A stretch of DNA of 64,000 nt from a virus. The first letter of the stretch is position 1. The number at the start of each line of letters is the position of its first letter. Both the position numbers and the translations under genes were made by a program. The DNA lies in IMG/VR virus record IMGVR_UViG_3300015371_000024, positions 4,614-68,613 of that record; one strand, 5' to 3'. A model generated the notes under the pieces. It saw only the letters and a list, made by a program, of their open reading frames with translations. It was not told the DNA's origin and ran no database searches. Positions 29,983 to 38,790 of the stretch are shown piece by piece.

Positions 29983-30735
29983 CTATTTTTTCCCCGGGAA
30001 GTCGAAAAACTCGTCTCCGGCCTGGAAATACCGAACGTTGGTGATGTGCACGTCGCCACCGGCGTTGATGGACGGTGCTGGTGCCGGATTCTCGCCCGCT
30101 TCCACCTTTTTCGTGACTTCGCGCCACCGTGCCGGCGCCCGATTGATCGAAAAGAACTTCCGGAGCGTGGCCGAGTCGAGTTTCCCTTCGTGGATGATCT
30201 TGAACAGGTCATCCTCGGCCAGCTGCGATCGCGTGGCGTCGATGATGATCTGGAGCGTGTCCCAGGTGCGCGCGAAGGCCCGATCGGTGAGGCGCCAGAG
30301 GTGCGGCTGCGCGGTCCGGATCTCGAGCGCCGTACAGACGTCCTCCAGGTACGCCGGTTGGTGCATCATCCGGTCGAGGAATTCGGCCTTGAGGTTCGCG
30401 ATCTTGTCGAGTTTCTCGTCCGAATGCTGGAAGCACTTGATGGCCGAGATCCCGTAGGTCGCGTTCAGGACGCCGAACCCGGACGGGCGCTGGCAGGGCC
30501 GGTTGTTGCTCGCGTCCCACCCGCCGTACTTGCCGCAGGTGTCGAGCGCGGCCATGTCCTCGTCGGACTTGTTGCCGAAGGGACCGCCGAGGGAGTGCGG
30601 ATGCTTGGCGTCGGCCTCCGAGACGGGTCCGGAGACCGGGACGAGACTCTTGGCTTCGCTCGGGCCAAGAGTCTCTTCCACGATCGCTTGGAGCCGCTCG
30701 CGTCCGCTGGTTTCCGCTTCGCTCTCGTCGCTCAT
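29983..30735 (-). CDS. Putative terminase small subunit
   Basis: Upstream of terL; HTH-like segment then W...D..FA..W..., ..ED.L, P..WRE patterns. Confidence 0.6.
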   Translation of the reverse strand: MSDESEAETSGRERLQAIVEETLGPSEAKSLVPVSGPVSEADAKHPHSLGGPFGNKSDEDMAALDTCGKYGGWDASNNRPCQRPSGFGVLNATYGISAIKCFQHSDEKLDKIANLKAEFLDRMMHQPAYLEDVCTALEIRTAQPHLWRLTDRAFARTWDTLQIIIDATRSQLAEDDLFKIIHEGKLDSATLRKFFSINRAPARWREVTKKVEAGENPAPAPSINAGGDVHITNVRYFQAGDEFFDFPGKK

Positions 30736-30740
30736 CGATG

Positions 30741-31493
30741 CTACCTGACCTCTGCGAACGATACGACGTCGCCGCCGGTCTGGAAGCAGACGTAGTTGAA
30801 GATGTCTTCCGGCATTCGGCAGATGCCGCCTTTCGCCCACGACGCGCCCCACGAATTCTGGATCTCCCACAGTCCGGTCTTCTTGTTGAACCAGAGCACG
30901 CAAAGCGCGTGACCGCCGAGGATCTGTCCTGTGACCTCCTCGATGACGCCGGTCTTGGGATTCGGTCGGTCGAACGAGCTCCACCAGTCGATCCCGATCT
31001 GGAGTGGCGCGGATCCCTGCCGGGAGATGTAGTCCTTCGCCACGTCAGCGTTCCGTGCCCAAAAGTACGCGCTCGAGAGATCGACACGGACGGCGTACTC
31101 CTGGGTGGCGCGGACCGACGTCCCGAGATCTTCCCCGTGGTTGTTGTCGGAGAATTCGTCGTGGTTGCACGACCACCGGTACATGTCGGGATCGCCGTCC
31201 ACCGGGATCGAGACGCGCGCGATCGCCGCAGCTGCGTCCTTGGCACCTTTCGGGTATGCCCCGAGGCACGCCGCCATCGAGAACATGGTGCAGCGGTTGG
31301 TGTTCCCCTGGTCGAGGATCGGCCCGTGCCGCGGTGCTCGGACTCGCCGCTTGAGCTCTGCGCCGCGCATGGCGCGGAGGCGGTCCTCGAGCGGGAAGTC
31401 CATGTCCGCGGGATCCGGGGCGCGGAGTCGCCCGAAGCGGCGTTCCGTCGGCAGGTCGATCCGATCGGCGACCGTGTAGACGTTAGTCAGCAT
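30741..31493 (-). CDS. Papain-like (C1) cysteine protease
   Basis: DQG....C (oxyanion Gln, catalytic Cys), GGHA (His), QNSWG..W...G (Asn). Confidence 0.9.
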   Translation of the reverse strand: MLTNVYTVADRIDLPTERRFGRLRAPDPADMDFPLEDRLRAMRGAELKRRVRAPRHGPILDQGNTNRCTMFSMAACLGAYPKGAKDAAAAIARVSIPVDGDPDMYRWSCNHDEFSDNNHGEDLGTSVRATQEYAVRVDLSSAYFWARNADVAKDYISRQGSAPLQIGIDWWSSFDRPNPKTGVIEEVTGQILGGHALCVLWFNKKTGLWEIQNSWGASWAKGGICRMPEDIFNYVCFQTGGDVVSFAEVR

Positions 31494-31818
31494 GGACGAC
31501 TCCTTTCGAGTACAGGGGAACCCGCTTGTTCTGCGGGAGCTCTTTGTCGCCGCGGGTGACGAAGGGGCCGATGACTTCGGACTCGCGGTCCTCGGCGTCG
31601 AGCTTCCGGGAGACCTCGAGCGCCATCGCGTGCGCGCTCCACCATTCCGTCTTGCAGTGTTCGCACGTCACGCCGGCGTGGAGATGGGCTTTCTGGCCTT
31701 CGTCGCGACGGAAGGTGCGGCGGAGCATGTTCTGGCGCCGGGAGATGCGGATCGTGGTCGATCCGCAGTTCCGGCACCGGAGCGGGACGCGGGGAGGCTG
31801 TCTGGTGGCGGTGGTCAT
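31483..31818 (-). CDS. Zinc-ribbon protein
   Basis: CRNC ... CEHC. Confidence 0.7.
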   Translation of the reverse strand: MTTATRQPPRVPLRCRNCGSTTIRISRRQNMLRRTFRRDEGQKAHLHAGVTCEHCKTEWWSAHAMALEVSRKLDAEDRESEVIGPFVTRGDKELPQNKRVPLYSKGVVHAD

Positions 31819-32435
31819 TCCTCTGGTCCGTAATCGGGGGATCCTGGCTCGGCGCTCTGGTCGTCGCCGCGCTCGCGGTGCATGGCGTCGAGGCCGTTCA
31901 TGATGTTGGACGCGAATTTATTGTCCGCCTCCGCCTCGGCCTTCTTCGCCGCCTCCGCCGCAGCGGCGCGTGCCTCGTATCGTTCCTGGTGCACCTTCAC
32001 GACCTCGGCGAAGTAGTTCGCGATCTCGTTGGCTCGGGTGAAGCGGCGCCGGTTCTCTTCCTCGATCGCGTCCTCGTCATACGTGATGTCGATCGCCTTG
32101 AAGTGCTTGGTCTCGATCGGGAGGGCGCCGTGCTCGTCGGCGGACTTGGCCGTGAGACCCGTCAGCCGGACGATCGTGCCCGTGACGCCGTCTACGACGA
32201 TGACGCCGCTCGGGGTGACGAATTCCTTCGCCTCGCCGGTGAAGCACTGGACGTGGACGAACCGCGCGAGCGGGTGCGTGGCCTGAAGGACGCCGGGGCG
32301 CTCGTCCGGGATCGGGAGCAGATCTTCAGGGATCTCGAGCGGCTTACCGAACCGTTCGGAGATGGAACCATCGGGCTCGATCGAGTGGCGTTCCGAGTAC
32401 GAGATGCCGGAGCTTGGGGCGGGATGACCGATCAT
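31815..32435 (-). CDS. Hypothetical protein
   Basis: 206 aa, ATGA overlaps with neighbours. Confidence 0.75.
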   Translation of the reverse strand: MIGHPAPSSGISYSERHSIEPDGSISERFGKPLEIPEDLLPIPDERPGVLQATHPLARFVHVQCFTGEAKEFVTPSGVIVVDGVTGTIVRLTGLTAKSADEHGALPIETKHFKAIDITYDEDAIEEENRRRFTRANEIANYFAEVVKVHQERYEARAAAAEAAKKAEAEADNKFASNIMNGLDAMHRERGDDQSAEPGSPDYGPEE

Positions 32436-33115
32436 GGGAGGTGCTCCGCTAGGGGAAGCGTGGTGTTGTGGATGAACGTGTAATTCGGATGGCCGTACTG
32501 GTGGAAGTCCATGTGGCCCTTCAGGTAGTCGAGAATCGTCTCGAGCGCCGTCTCGGCCAGCTGCGTCTCACTCTCGTTCCGGATGGTGACGATCGCGTTC
32601 CCGCACGCGGCGAGCAATGGAAACCGCGCCTTCTGCGCGTCATTCGGGTAGCTCTTGGCTTTTAGCTCGAGATAGAGCGATCCGTAGACGCGACCGGCGA
32701 TGTACTTCGGGACCGGGACATGGTTGTCCGGTGAACCGGCCTTCATGCCTTCGGCCTTGAGGCGGGCGCCGGTGATCTGTGCCTTCCGCTGCAGCGCCTC
32801 GTCGCCGTAGTTGGCGTTGAACACCGGGATCGCGTAGACGGCGCCGAGGAATGTGGATAAGTCGGGGAAGCGTGTGATGGCGGTCGGGATCAAGTCCTGG
32901 TAGAGCTTCTTCTGCGCGCGGTGCTCGACGTTCGCCATCTCGCGGCGCGATTTCGGGCCTTTGCCGGAGACGATGTTCTGCATCTCGGCGCGCTGCTTGG
33001 CGAGATGCGCCTCCAACTGCTCGGCGGAGAGCGGCGACATGAGCGGACCCGATCGAGTGGCCTGTGCGATTTCTCGACGGGACATGGTGATGGTGTGAAC
33101 GGACTTACGAGGCAC
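32432..33115 (-). CDS. VRR-NUC-like PD-(D/E)xK nuclease / resolvase
   Basis: EH..Q, LKAEG.KAG.PD, LYLELK, Q...F..L...G. Confidence 0.8.
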   Translation of the reverse strand: MPRKSVHTITMSRREIAQATRSGPLMSPLSAEQLEAHLAKQRAEMQNIVSGKGPKSRREMANVEHRAQKKLYQDLIPTAITRFPDLSTFLGAVYAIPVFNANYGDEALQRKAQITGARLKAEGMKAGSPDNHVPVPKYIAGRVYGSLYLELKAKSYPNDAQKARFPLLAACGNAIVTIRNESETQLAETALETILDYLKGHMDFHQYGHPNYTFIHNTTLPLAEHLP

Positions 33116-33501
33116 TAGACCTCCGGCATGTTGCCGTGCTGTGCACCGAGGCGCAGGAGTGCCTCGAGCGTCCTGGCAGCGGCGTCGAACTTCGTGGGTT
33201 GGCGGTATTCGAATGCTTCAGCGAGCTTGGTCAGGAGATGTGTTCTCTGGCTCGAGTCGGCCTGACGGATATAGCTGGCACCCAAGCGGATGATGCTATC
33301 AGAGTCCGGGTAATAGGCGAGGCCGGACTGGTGGTAGGGCTTCTCCGTCGGGCCGAGGTAGTTGGCGGGCGGCGTGCCCTGCTCGGCCAACCGCAGGAGG
33401 AGCTCCAAGGTCGATTGGTCGATCGATTCCTGCTCGACCTCGATCCGTCGCTCGGTGACGCGGTCGCCCTCTTCTGACCGGAATGTGATGTCGATCCGCA
33501 C
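33115..33501 (-). CDS. Hypothetical protein (GTG start)
   Basis: TAGTG overlap with upstream gene. Confidence 0.6.
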   Translation of the reverse strand: MRIDITFRSEEGDRVTERRIEVEQESIDQSTLELLLRLAEQGTPPANYLGPTEKPYHQSGLAYYPDSDSIIRLGASYIRQADSSQRTHLLTKLAEAFEYRQPTKFDAAARTLEALLRLGAQHGNMPEV

Positions 33502-33698
33502 TAGTCGTCCTCTGCCTGTGGCATGGTGGTGCGCGTTTTCATCCAGTAGGTCGGTCCGATCGGTGTCGGGCGCTGGAATTCCACGAATTCGCGTTCCCGA
33601 GGCCTGTTCCGCCACGCGCGCCGGGACGTGGCCCATTTGATCTTCCACTTGTACCGGACGTCGGCGCGGCGCGCGAGCTTCCGGAGATCTCGGATCAT
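33501..33698 (-). CDS. Small basic hypothetical protein
   Basis: MIRDLRKLARR... 65 aa. Confidence 0.5.
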   Translation of the reverse strand: MIRDLRKLARRADVRYKWKIKWATSRRAWRNRPREREFVEFQRPTPIGPTYWMKTRTTMPQAEDD

Positions 33699-33911
33699 GG
33701 CCCGCGCACCCGCGGCGTTCGCGTCGATCAGCCCCCGCAGCCCGACGTGCTCGCTCACGACGTGGTCACCAGGAGCGCGATCGCGGTGATGAGCCCCAAG
33801 ACGTAGCCACAGACGACCAACCACGCCCCTTTCGAGAGACGCAACCGGTGTGGCCGGTGGATGTCAGCGCGCCGGCGGAGCTCGGCGGTCACGTTGCGGC
33901 TGGTGACCGGT

Positions 33912-34313
33912 TCAACGAGATAGGGATTTGACATCGCTTCTGAACCTCGGTGGCGGGTGATTGGTGGTGCGCGGCGGCTCTGGTGCCGTCAGCACGGAGA
34001 AAGCGGCTTCGTGCGCGTTGTAGTACGCGCTCGAGAGGACGATCGAGAGGCCGCGGCTCGGGATGTAGAGCTCAATGGCGAGCCCGGACTCCAGCAGCTG
34101 CAGCATGGTCAGGCGGTGGACGTGGGCATTGAGCGGTTCGTGGGCGCCGGGGCTTCGGAGCAGGTACCAGGCGCCTTTCTTCTGCCGACCGAAGGCGCGC
34201 TGCTCTTCGGCCACCCATCCGGCATTGAGCTTCCCGAGCACGCGCTCGGCTCGACGCGAGATGTGGTGACCTGACGCCTTGTGGTCCTCCGGAATCCAGT
34301 TGATACCGCTCAT
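33912..34313 (-). CDS. Hypothetical protein
   Basis: MSGINWIP... ATGA overlap with upstream gene. Confidence 0.6.
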   Translation of the reverse strand: MSGINWIPEDHKASGHHISRRAERVLGKLNAGWVAEEQRAFGRQKKGAWYLLRSPGAHEPLNAHVHRLTMLQLLESGLAIELYIPSRGLSIVLSSAYYNAHEAAFSVLTAPEPPRTTNHPPPRFRSDVKSLSR

Positions 34314-34906
34314 ATGTCCAAGACGACGTCCAGGGGGAGTGACGGCACCCAACTGCCGCCGGTGTTCAAGTACGGTTTGGCACGCAGGTGGTCGGCCACC
34401 GCGGCTCGGCGGATCTGTTCCTTGTCGCGCCCGAAGAACGCTCGCTTACAGATCCCGCACTCGTTCGGGATGCCGGTGACGTCGAACGCGCCCGCAGCGT
34501 TCCCGGCTCGCCGCTCGGAGACGACCACGTCCACCGGCAGCGAGCACTCGTAGACCGGTTGCACCTTCCGGTCGTGCGCCGCTAGCCCCAGGAGCGCGAG
34601 ATCATACGTCTTCCGGTGCTGCTCTTGGATCGCCTGTGGCGTGAAGTGGTGGACCACGACGCGGTGCGTGGTGACATAGGCGCCCGCTCGCTGCCAGTCC
34701 TGCTCCTCCGGATCCTCCGGCCCGTCCGACATGCCACCATACCCCGCGCTCCAGGATGCCCACAGTCGGTGAATCTCGTCCAGGATCCGGTCCGCTTCCC
34801 CCGGCTTGCCGGTCGGACCCCCCCAGATCCCGCCACCCTGCCAGGTGTCGTCGTCCGGACCCCCGCCGTACCAGATCCCGCCGTCGCCCCGCCAGATATC
34901 GCTCAT
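34310..34906 (-). CDS. First gene of leftward arm; Trp/Gly-rich N-terminus, C-terminal CxxC..H zinc-finger-like motif
   Basis: IWRGDGGIWYGGG..TWQGGGIWGG; CGICKRAF...ADHL. Confidence 0.6.
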   Translation of the reverse strand: MSDIWRGDGGIWYGGGPDDDTWQGGGIWGGPTGKPGEADRILDEIHRLWASWSAGYGGMSDGPEDPEEQDWQRAGAYVTTHRVVVHHFTPQAIQEQHRKTYDLALLGLAAHDRKVQPVYECSLPVDVVVSERRAGNAAGAFDVTGIPNECGICKRAFFGRDKEQIRRAAVADHLRAKPYLNTGGSWVPSLPLDVVLDI

Positions 34907-35564
34907 ACGATGCAGACTACACCGACGTTGCAGCCACGTCAAGCCACGATGCAGACGCCCCGCAACGATCCCGGCTCCAGATGACTTCCACCCCCTTTCC
35001 CACCCTGTCACCCATTACAAACGCCCTTTAGCCGGTTATTCCCCACAATTCCCCCTCTCGAGCCGGGAATATCCGCATCTAACCCCGCCTCAGTAACGGT
35101 TACAGACACCAGTCACCCCCTCCCGAGCCATTCTTGATCCATTTCTTTACAGCACCAGGGTCTTACCATCCCCTCCCCCTGCTGTCGCGCGAGCGCAGCA
35201 CTGTTGCATTCGCGCAACACTCGACTGTGGCGCGAGTTACACAAGCGAGTACTTACATGTCGCGTGAGCTCGACACTTGTGTCGCGAGCTCGCCACAGCT
35301 GTGGGACTCGAGCAACAGGTCATCCGAGTGCACATGGTCTCGCGCTCCCCGCATCCGAGCACAGAGCCGAGTGTAGCATGAGCGCAACAGAGCTGTGTAC
35401 GTTAGGCCACATGGCTAAGGTGTTGGTATTATTGGCGATAGGCGAAAAGTGTCAGGAAAGGCCGGGGAGTATGGTGCGATAAAGTGCGTCTCGCGATACT
35501 TGTCACCCGTGAATGGCGCGCAATGACGCGCGAGTAGTCGGACCTTAGCTAGATAGGTGGGACA
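34907..35564. other. Divergent non-coding control region (candidate genome end/packaging and promoter region)
   Basis: No credible ORF; C-rich tract, long inverted repeat, GTAA..TTAC-type boxes, first early promoter block. Confidence 0.7.
35450..35500 (+). promoter_or_regulatory. Early promoter block copy 1 (divergent copy)
   Basis: TGTCAGGAA-N13-TGGTGCGATAAA-N11-GATACT, same spacing as copies 2-4. Confidence 0.6.
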
Positions 35565-35759
35565 ATGGCTCGTACGGTAACGGTGACGTTGGACCTAGGG
35601 AATGAAGCGATGGCGACGTCTAGTGACGTTGCTCAGATGCTGACCTATGTCGCGGGCATGGTCACGGAAGGAAGGCTGGACGTGACGGCAGATGACTCGC
35701 TGCGGTTACGGGACCGCAACGGGAATGCGGTCGGGTTTGCGCGAGTCGGAGGGCGCTAA
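35565..35759 (+). CDS. Early hypothetical protein
   Basis: 64 aa, AGGTGG RBS. Confidence 0.7.
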   Translation: MARTVTVTLDLGNEAMATSSDVAQMLTYVAGMVTEGRLDVTADDSLRLRDRNGNAVGFARVGGR

Positions 35760-35761
35760 CG

Positions 35762-35989
35762 ATGATCCGCTATCGTGTAGTCGTGACATGGTCCGACGGA
35801 TGTCAGGATGTTGAGGTTGGCACAGCATCGGACCTGCAGGTTGCTAGGCGTGACGTTGCGCTGGCAATGGCGGAAGTGCACGCCATAGCTCGGGTGTCGG
35901 GCGGTACGATCCGGACCGTCAAGACCTTCTACTACGAAAACTTCGTGTCAGGTACGACTTGCCTTGAAACTGCTAACTCGGGGAATTGA
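35762..35989 (+). CDS. Early hypothetical protein
   Basis: 75 aa, GGAGG RBS. Confidence 0.65.
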   Translation: MIRYRVVVTWSDGCQDVEVGTASDLQVARRDVALAMAEVHAIARVSGGTIRTVKTFYYENFVSGTTCLETANSGN

Positions 35990-35992
35990 TCC

Positions 35993-36508
35993 ATGATTAC
36001 GCAAGCAATGCGGGACCAATGGATGGCGACAGTATGTGCACCCGTAGTCGCACCCGTGGCGACGGATCCGAGTCCGGACTCTGCAGAGTGGACGGCTCTA
36101 GAGTCCGAGTGCGAACGTCGGACAAATGGACTCTACTACGCCAAGGGCAATCAAGGTGCGCCATCGTACCGCAAGCGTGCACACCCGCAAAGCTACGGCT
36201 CTGACTTGCCGCTATGGTCCGAGTCCGAGTCCGACGGTTGGACGGTCAAGCTTTCGAAGGCCGAAAAGTCCGAGTTAGCCAAGCGTCAAATCTGTCTCAT
36301 CATGCCGCGCGATGAGTCCGACGCCATCACGCGGTCCGTCAATTCGTGCGGCGAATACGCAATCATCACCGCACATGAAAAGCCTAACCTTTCGGTCACG
36401 AAAGAAACCAAGCGTCGGCTCGCGAGTCTCATCGCCAAAGTCGGCAAGCGTCGGGAATCGGTCCGGACTCGAGCGTCCGAGTTGTCCCTACTGCTGACGG
36501 AAGTCTAA
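35993..36508 (+). CDS. Early hypothetical protein
   Basis: 171 aa ORF in operon. Confidence 0.65.
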   Translation: MITQAMRDQWMATVCAPVVAPVATDPSPDSAEWTALESECERRTNGLYYAKGNQGAPSYRKRAHPQSYGSDLPLWSESESDGWTVKLSKAEKSELAKRQICLIMPRDESDAITRSVNSCGEYAIITAHEKPNLSVTKETKRRLASLIAKVGKRRESVRTRASELSLLLTEV

Positions 36509-36522
36509 GACACTCGCACAAT

Positions 36523-36548
36523 GGCCGGACTCGGATCCGAGTCCGGCC
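36523..36548. repeat. Perfect 26-bp palindrome GGCCGGACTCGGATCCGAGTCCGGCC
   Basis: Read directly; intergenic. Confidence 0.95.
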
Positions 36549-36574
36549 TAACCTACTCGCCAAAGGTGCACGCC

Positions 36575-37048
36575 ATGAAAAAGATTGATGCGAAGGTCCG
36601 ACGGTCACGGTACGGGTATCGGTTGGTCCGGGAATCGGACTCGGGTTGCGTATCGTGGGAATCGAAGCGCCCGACGCGTTGTCCGTCGGATGTCCGTGAC
36701 ATCATGGCGCCGTTAGCGGCAATCGAGCCGACGGAAGTATTCTGGGTACTGTGCCTTGACGCACAGCACAGAGTCGCGAGCGATGGCGTGCAAGTCATCA
36801 CGCGTGGGATACTCAACTCGTCACTAGTGCACCCGCGTGAAGTCTTTCGCGAAGCTATCCTGCGGAATGCCGCCGCGATTGTGCTGTGCCACAATCATCC
36901 GTCAGGGGATCCGACGCCATCAGCCGATGATAGAGTGGTCACGGAACAATTAGCAGCGGCGGGCCGATTGCTGGACATTCCCGTCCATGACCATGTGATC
37001 ATTGCGGGCCATCGCTATACGTCCTTCGCAGAGTCCGGACTACTCTAG
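36575..37048 (+). CDS. RadC-like JAB domain protein
   Basis: E.F.VL.LD, VHPREVF..AI...A..I...HNHPSGDP.PS.DD, DHVII. Confidence 0.95.
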   Translation: MKKIDAKVRRSRYGYRLVRESDSGCVSWESKRPTRCPSDVRDIMAPLAAIEPTEVFWVLCLDAQHRVASDGVQVITRGILNSSLVHPREVFREAILRNAAAIVLCHNHPSGDPTPSADDRVVTEQLAAAGRLLDIPVHDHVIIAGHRYTSFAESGLL

Positions 37049-37088
37049 TCCGGACTACCTAACTAACCTCTCGCCAAAGGTGCACGCC

Positions 37089-37412
37089 ATGTCGCAACTC
37101 ACGCACGCAAGCCTGAATGTCTTTCTCCGCTCGGAAGGTTGGCACGTTGTCGGTACCGGTGGCGGCAATGAAGCCTGGGAAAAGTCCGTCGGATCCGACG
37201 GCCACTATCTATGGCTCACAGATGACGATGGACTCTCGCTTCCCGATACGGTCAATTCTCGCGCATTGCTCGGACTCTATAACCGCGATGGCGAGTGCCT
37301 TGGAGATGTCCGAGACTTCGATACGGTCACGGGTGCGTGCATTGCCGCCGATGAGATTGTCCGGCAATTCGCGCGCATAGGTCCGAGCTCGGATCCTGGC
37401 TCGAGATTCTAA
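37089..37412 (+). CDS. Early hypothetical protein, paralog A
   Basis: GWHVVGTGGGNEAWEKSVGSDG shared with 38434..38727. Confidence 0.85.
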   Translation: MSQLTHASLNVFLRSEGWHVVGTGGGNEAWEKSVGSDGHYLWLTDDDGLSLPDTVNSRALLGLYNRDGECLGDVRDFDTVTGACIAADEIVRQFARIGPSSDPGSRF

Positions 37413-37415
37413 TCT

Positions 37416-37486
37416 TGTCAGGAAGTGTCACTAGCTATTGCGCGATAAAGTCACCGAACGTAAATAGAGTCACGCAACGTAGTTAA
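37416..37486 (+). promoter_or_regulatory. Early promoter block copy 2
   Basis: TGTCAGGAA-N13-TTGCGCGATAAA-N11-TAAATAG-N4-ACGCAACGTAGTTAA. Confidence 0.8.
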
Positions 37487-37508
37487 CCTCTCGCCAAGGT
37501 GTCACGCC

Positions 37509-38357
37509 ATGAAACGCCAGGTTTCCGAGTTAGATACGGCCATTACTCGCACGATAGCCAACGCGATGGGATTGTCCATCGTTGAAGTCCGGGACGATGG
37601 CACTAGCATCGCCGTTCCGTCCACTCGGAAGCGTCGGAAGCGTCACGCACAGCGATTCCCGAAAGTCGCCTGTCGCAAGCGCATTGCGGGCCGCCAGGAT
37701 ATCACGCTAAGCCAACCGGCCAAAATGCCATGCTACGGTTGGTCGCTAACAGCTGGCGCGGCATGTCCGGCAAGCAAGCTGACGGTCAAAATGTACGGTG
37801 ACGCTGCCGTTTGCTCGCACTGCTATGCCGACGGCGTCGGTAACTATGGGTTCCCGAACGTCCGAAAGGCACTCGCAACGCGTATGGCGTTCGTTCGTGA
37901 GTCCCTCACGAAAGACAACGGGGACACGTTCGTGGCGACGATGGTCGATATGATCATTCGCGCCGTCAAGGTCACCGGACCCTATTTCCGGATCCATGAT
38001 AGCGGTGACTTTTTCCACCCGCTCTATGTCGATTGCTGGCGCCGTATCGCACTCGCACTTCCCACCGTCCAATTTTGGGCACCGACGCGCGAGTATCTAC
38101 GGCCCATGATGCTGCCATAGCTCCGAGCACTAGCAGCATTGCCCAACGTCAGCATTCGTCCGAGTGGCGCACAGATCGATGGACTCGCGCCCGTTGTGGA
38201 AGGTCTTGCCGCCGGATCCGCGGTCCAACGCAAAGGCTTGCCAGTCATGACGGACAACGTATGTCCGGCCACGGAAGGGGCGCCATCGTGCGAGTCGCAC
38301 GGGTGCCGCAAATGTTGGGATGCTAAGTCCGAGTCCGTGACCTATCGGTTGCACTAA
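37509..38357 (+). pseudogene. GP88-like (radical-SAM-like) protein interrupted by one in-frame TAG at 38118-38120
   Basis: KMP...WSL.AG..CP, C..CYA..G.Y, FRIHDSGDF, W.PTRE, then same-frame continuation PNV.IR.S and CPA....C..C..CW. Confidence 0.8.
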
Positions 38358-38365
38358 CTCTCTCG

Positions 38366-38393
38366 GGTCCGGACTCGGATCCGAGTCCGGACC
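38366..38393. repeat. Perfect 28-bp palindrome GGTCCGGACTCGGATCCGAGTCCGGACC
   Basis: Read directly; intergenic. Confidence 0.95.
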
Positions 38394-38433
38394 ACCTATC
38401 ACAGTTTCCTAACCTCTAGCCAAGGTGATGACC

Positions 38434-38727
38434 ATGCCACGGCACATTGACGCAACGCTGAATGATTTTCTCCGGACCGACGGATGGCACGTTGTCGGGA
38501 CTGGCGGAGGTAATGAAGCGTGGGAAAAGTCCGTCGGGTCCGACGGTTGGTATGCTTGGATAACGGATGACGATGGCCTATCGCTTCCCGACGCGATGGA
38601 TGCCCGTGTCTTGCTCGGACTCTATAACCGTGATGGCGAGTCCGTCCGAGACGTCGATTCGTTCGCCAGTGTCACGGACGCGTGCATCGCCATTCGTGAG
38701 GTATGGCCGGACTCGGATCCGGCCTAA
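38434..38727 (+). CDS. Early hypothetical protein, paralog B
   Basis: Close paralog of 37089..37412 (TDDDGLSLPD, LLGLYNRDGE). Confidence 0.85.
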   Translation: MPRHIDATLNDFLRTDGWHVVGTGGGNEAWEKSVGSDGWYAWITDDDGLSLPDAMDARVLLGLYNRDGESVRDVDSFASVTDACIAIREVWPDSDPA

Positions 38728-38790
38728 CTCGGATCCGCTCGCACTCGCACCCGTTCGCACTTCCTAACCTACTCGCCAAAGGTGATGACC

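Noticed and set aside
3188-34900. Long plus-strand ORFs opposite the structural genes (e.g. 10691..12721, 12782..14500, 7981..9525)
   Set aside because: Antisense shadow frames typical of high-GC DNA; Arg/Leu-rich without motifs.
34907-35564. tRNA or tmRNA genes in the intergenic regions
   Set aside because: No cloverleaf with T-loop GTTCGA and acceptor stem recognised here or at 43.3 kb; a tRNAscan/ARAGORN run would be decisive.
38118-38120. Genome-wide amber recoding (alternative genetic code)
   Set aside because: TAG terminates many clearly complete genes (tape measure, terminase, RadC); only one internal TAG found and no suppressor tRNA seen.
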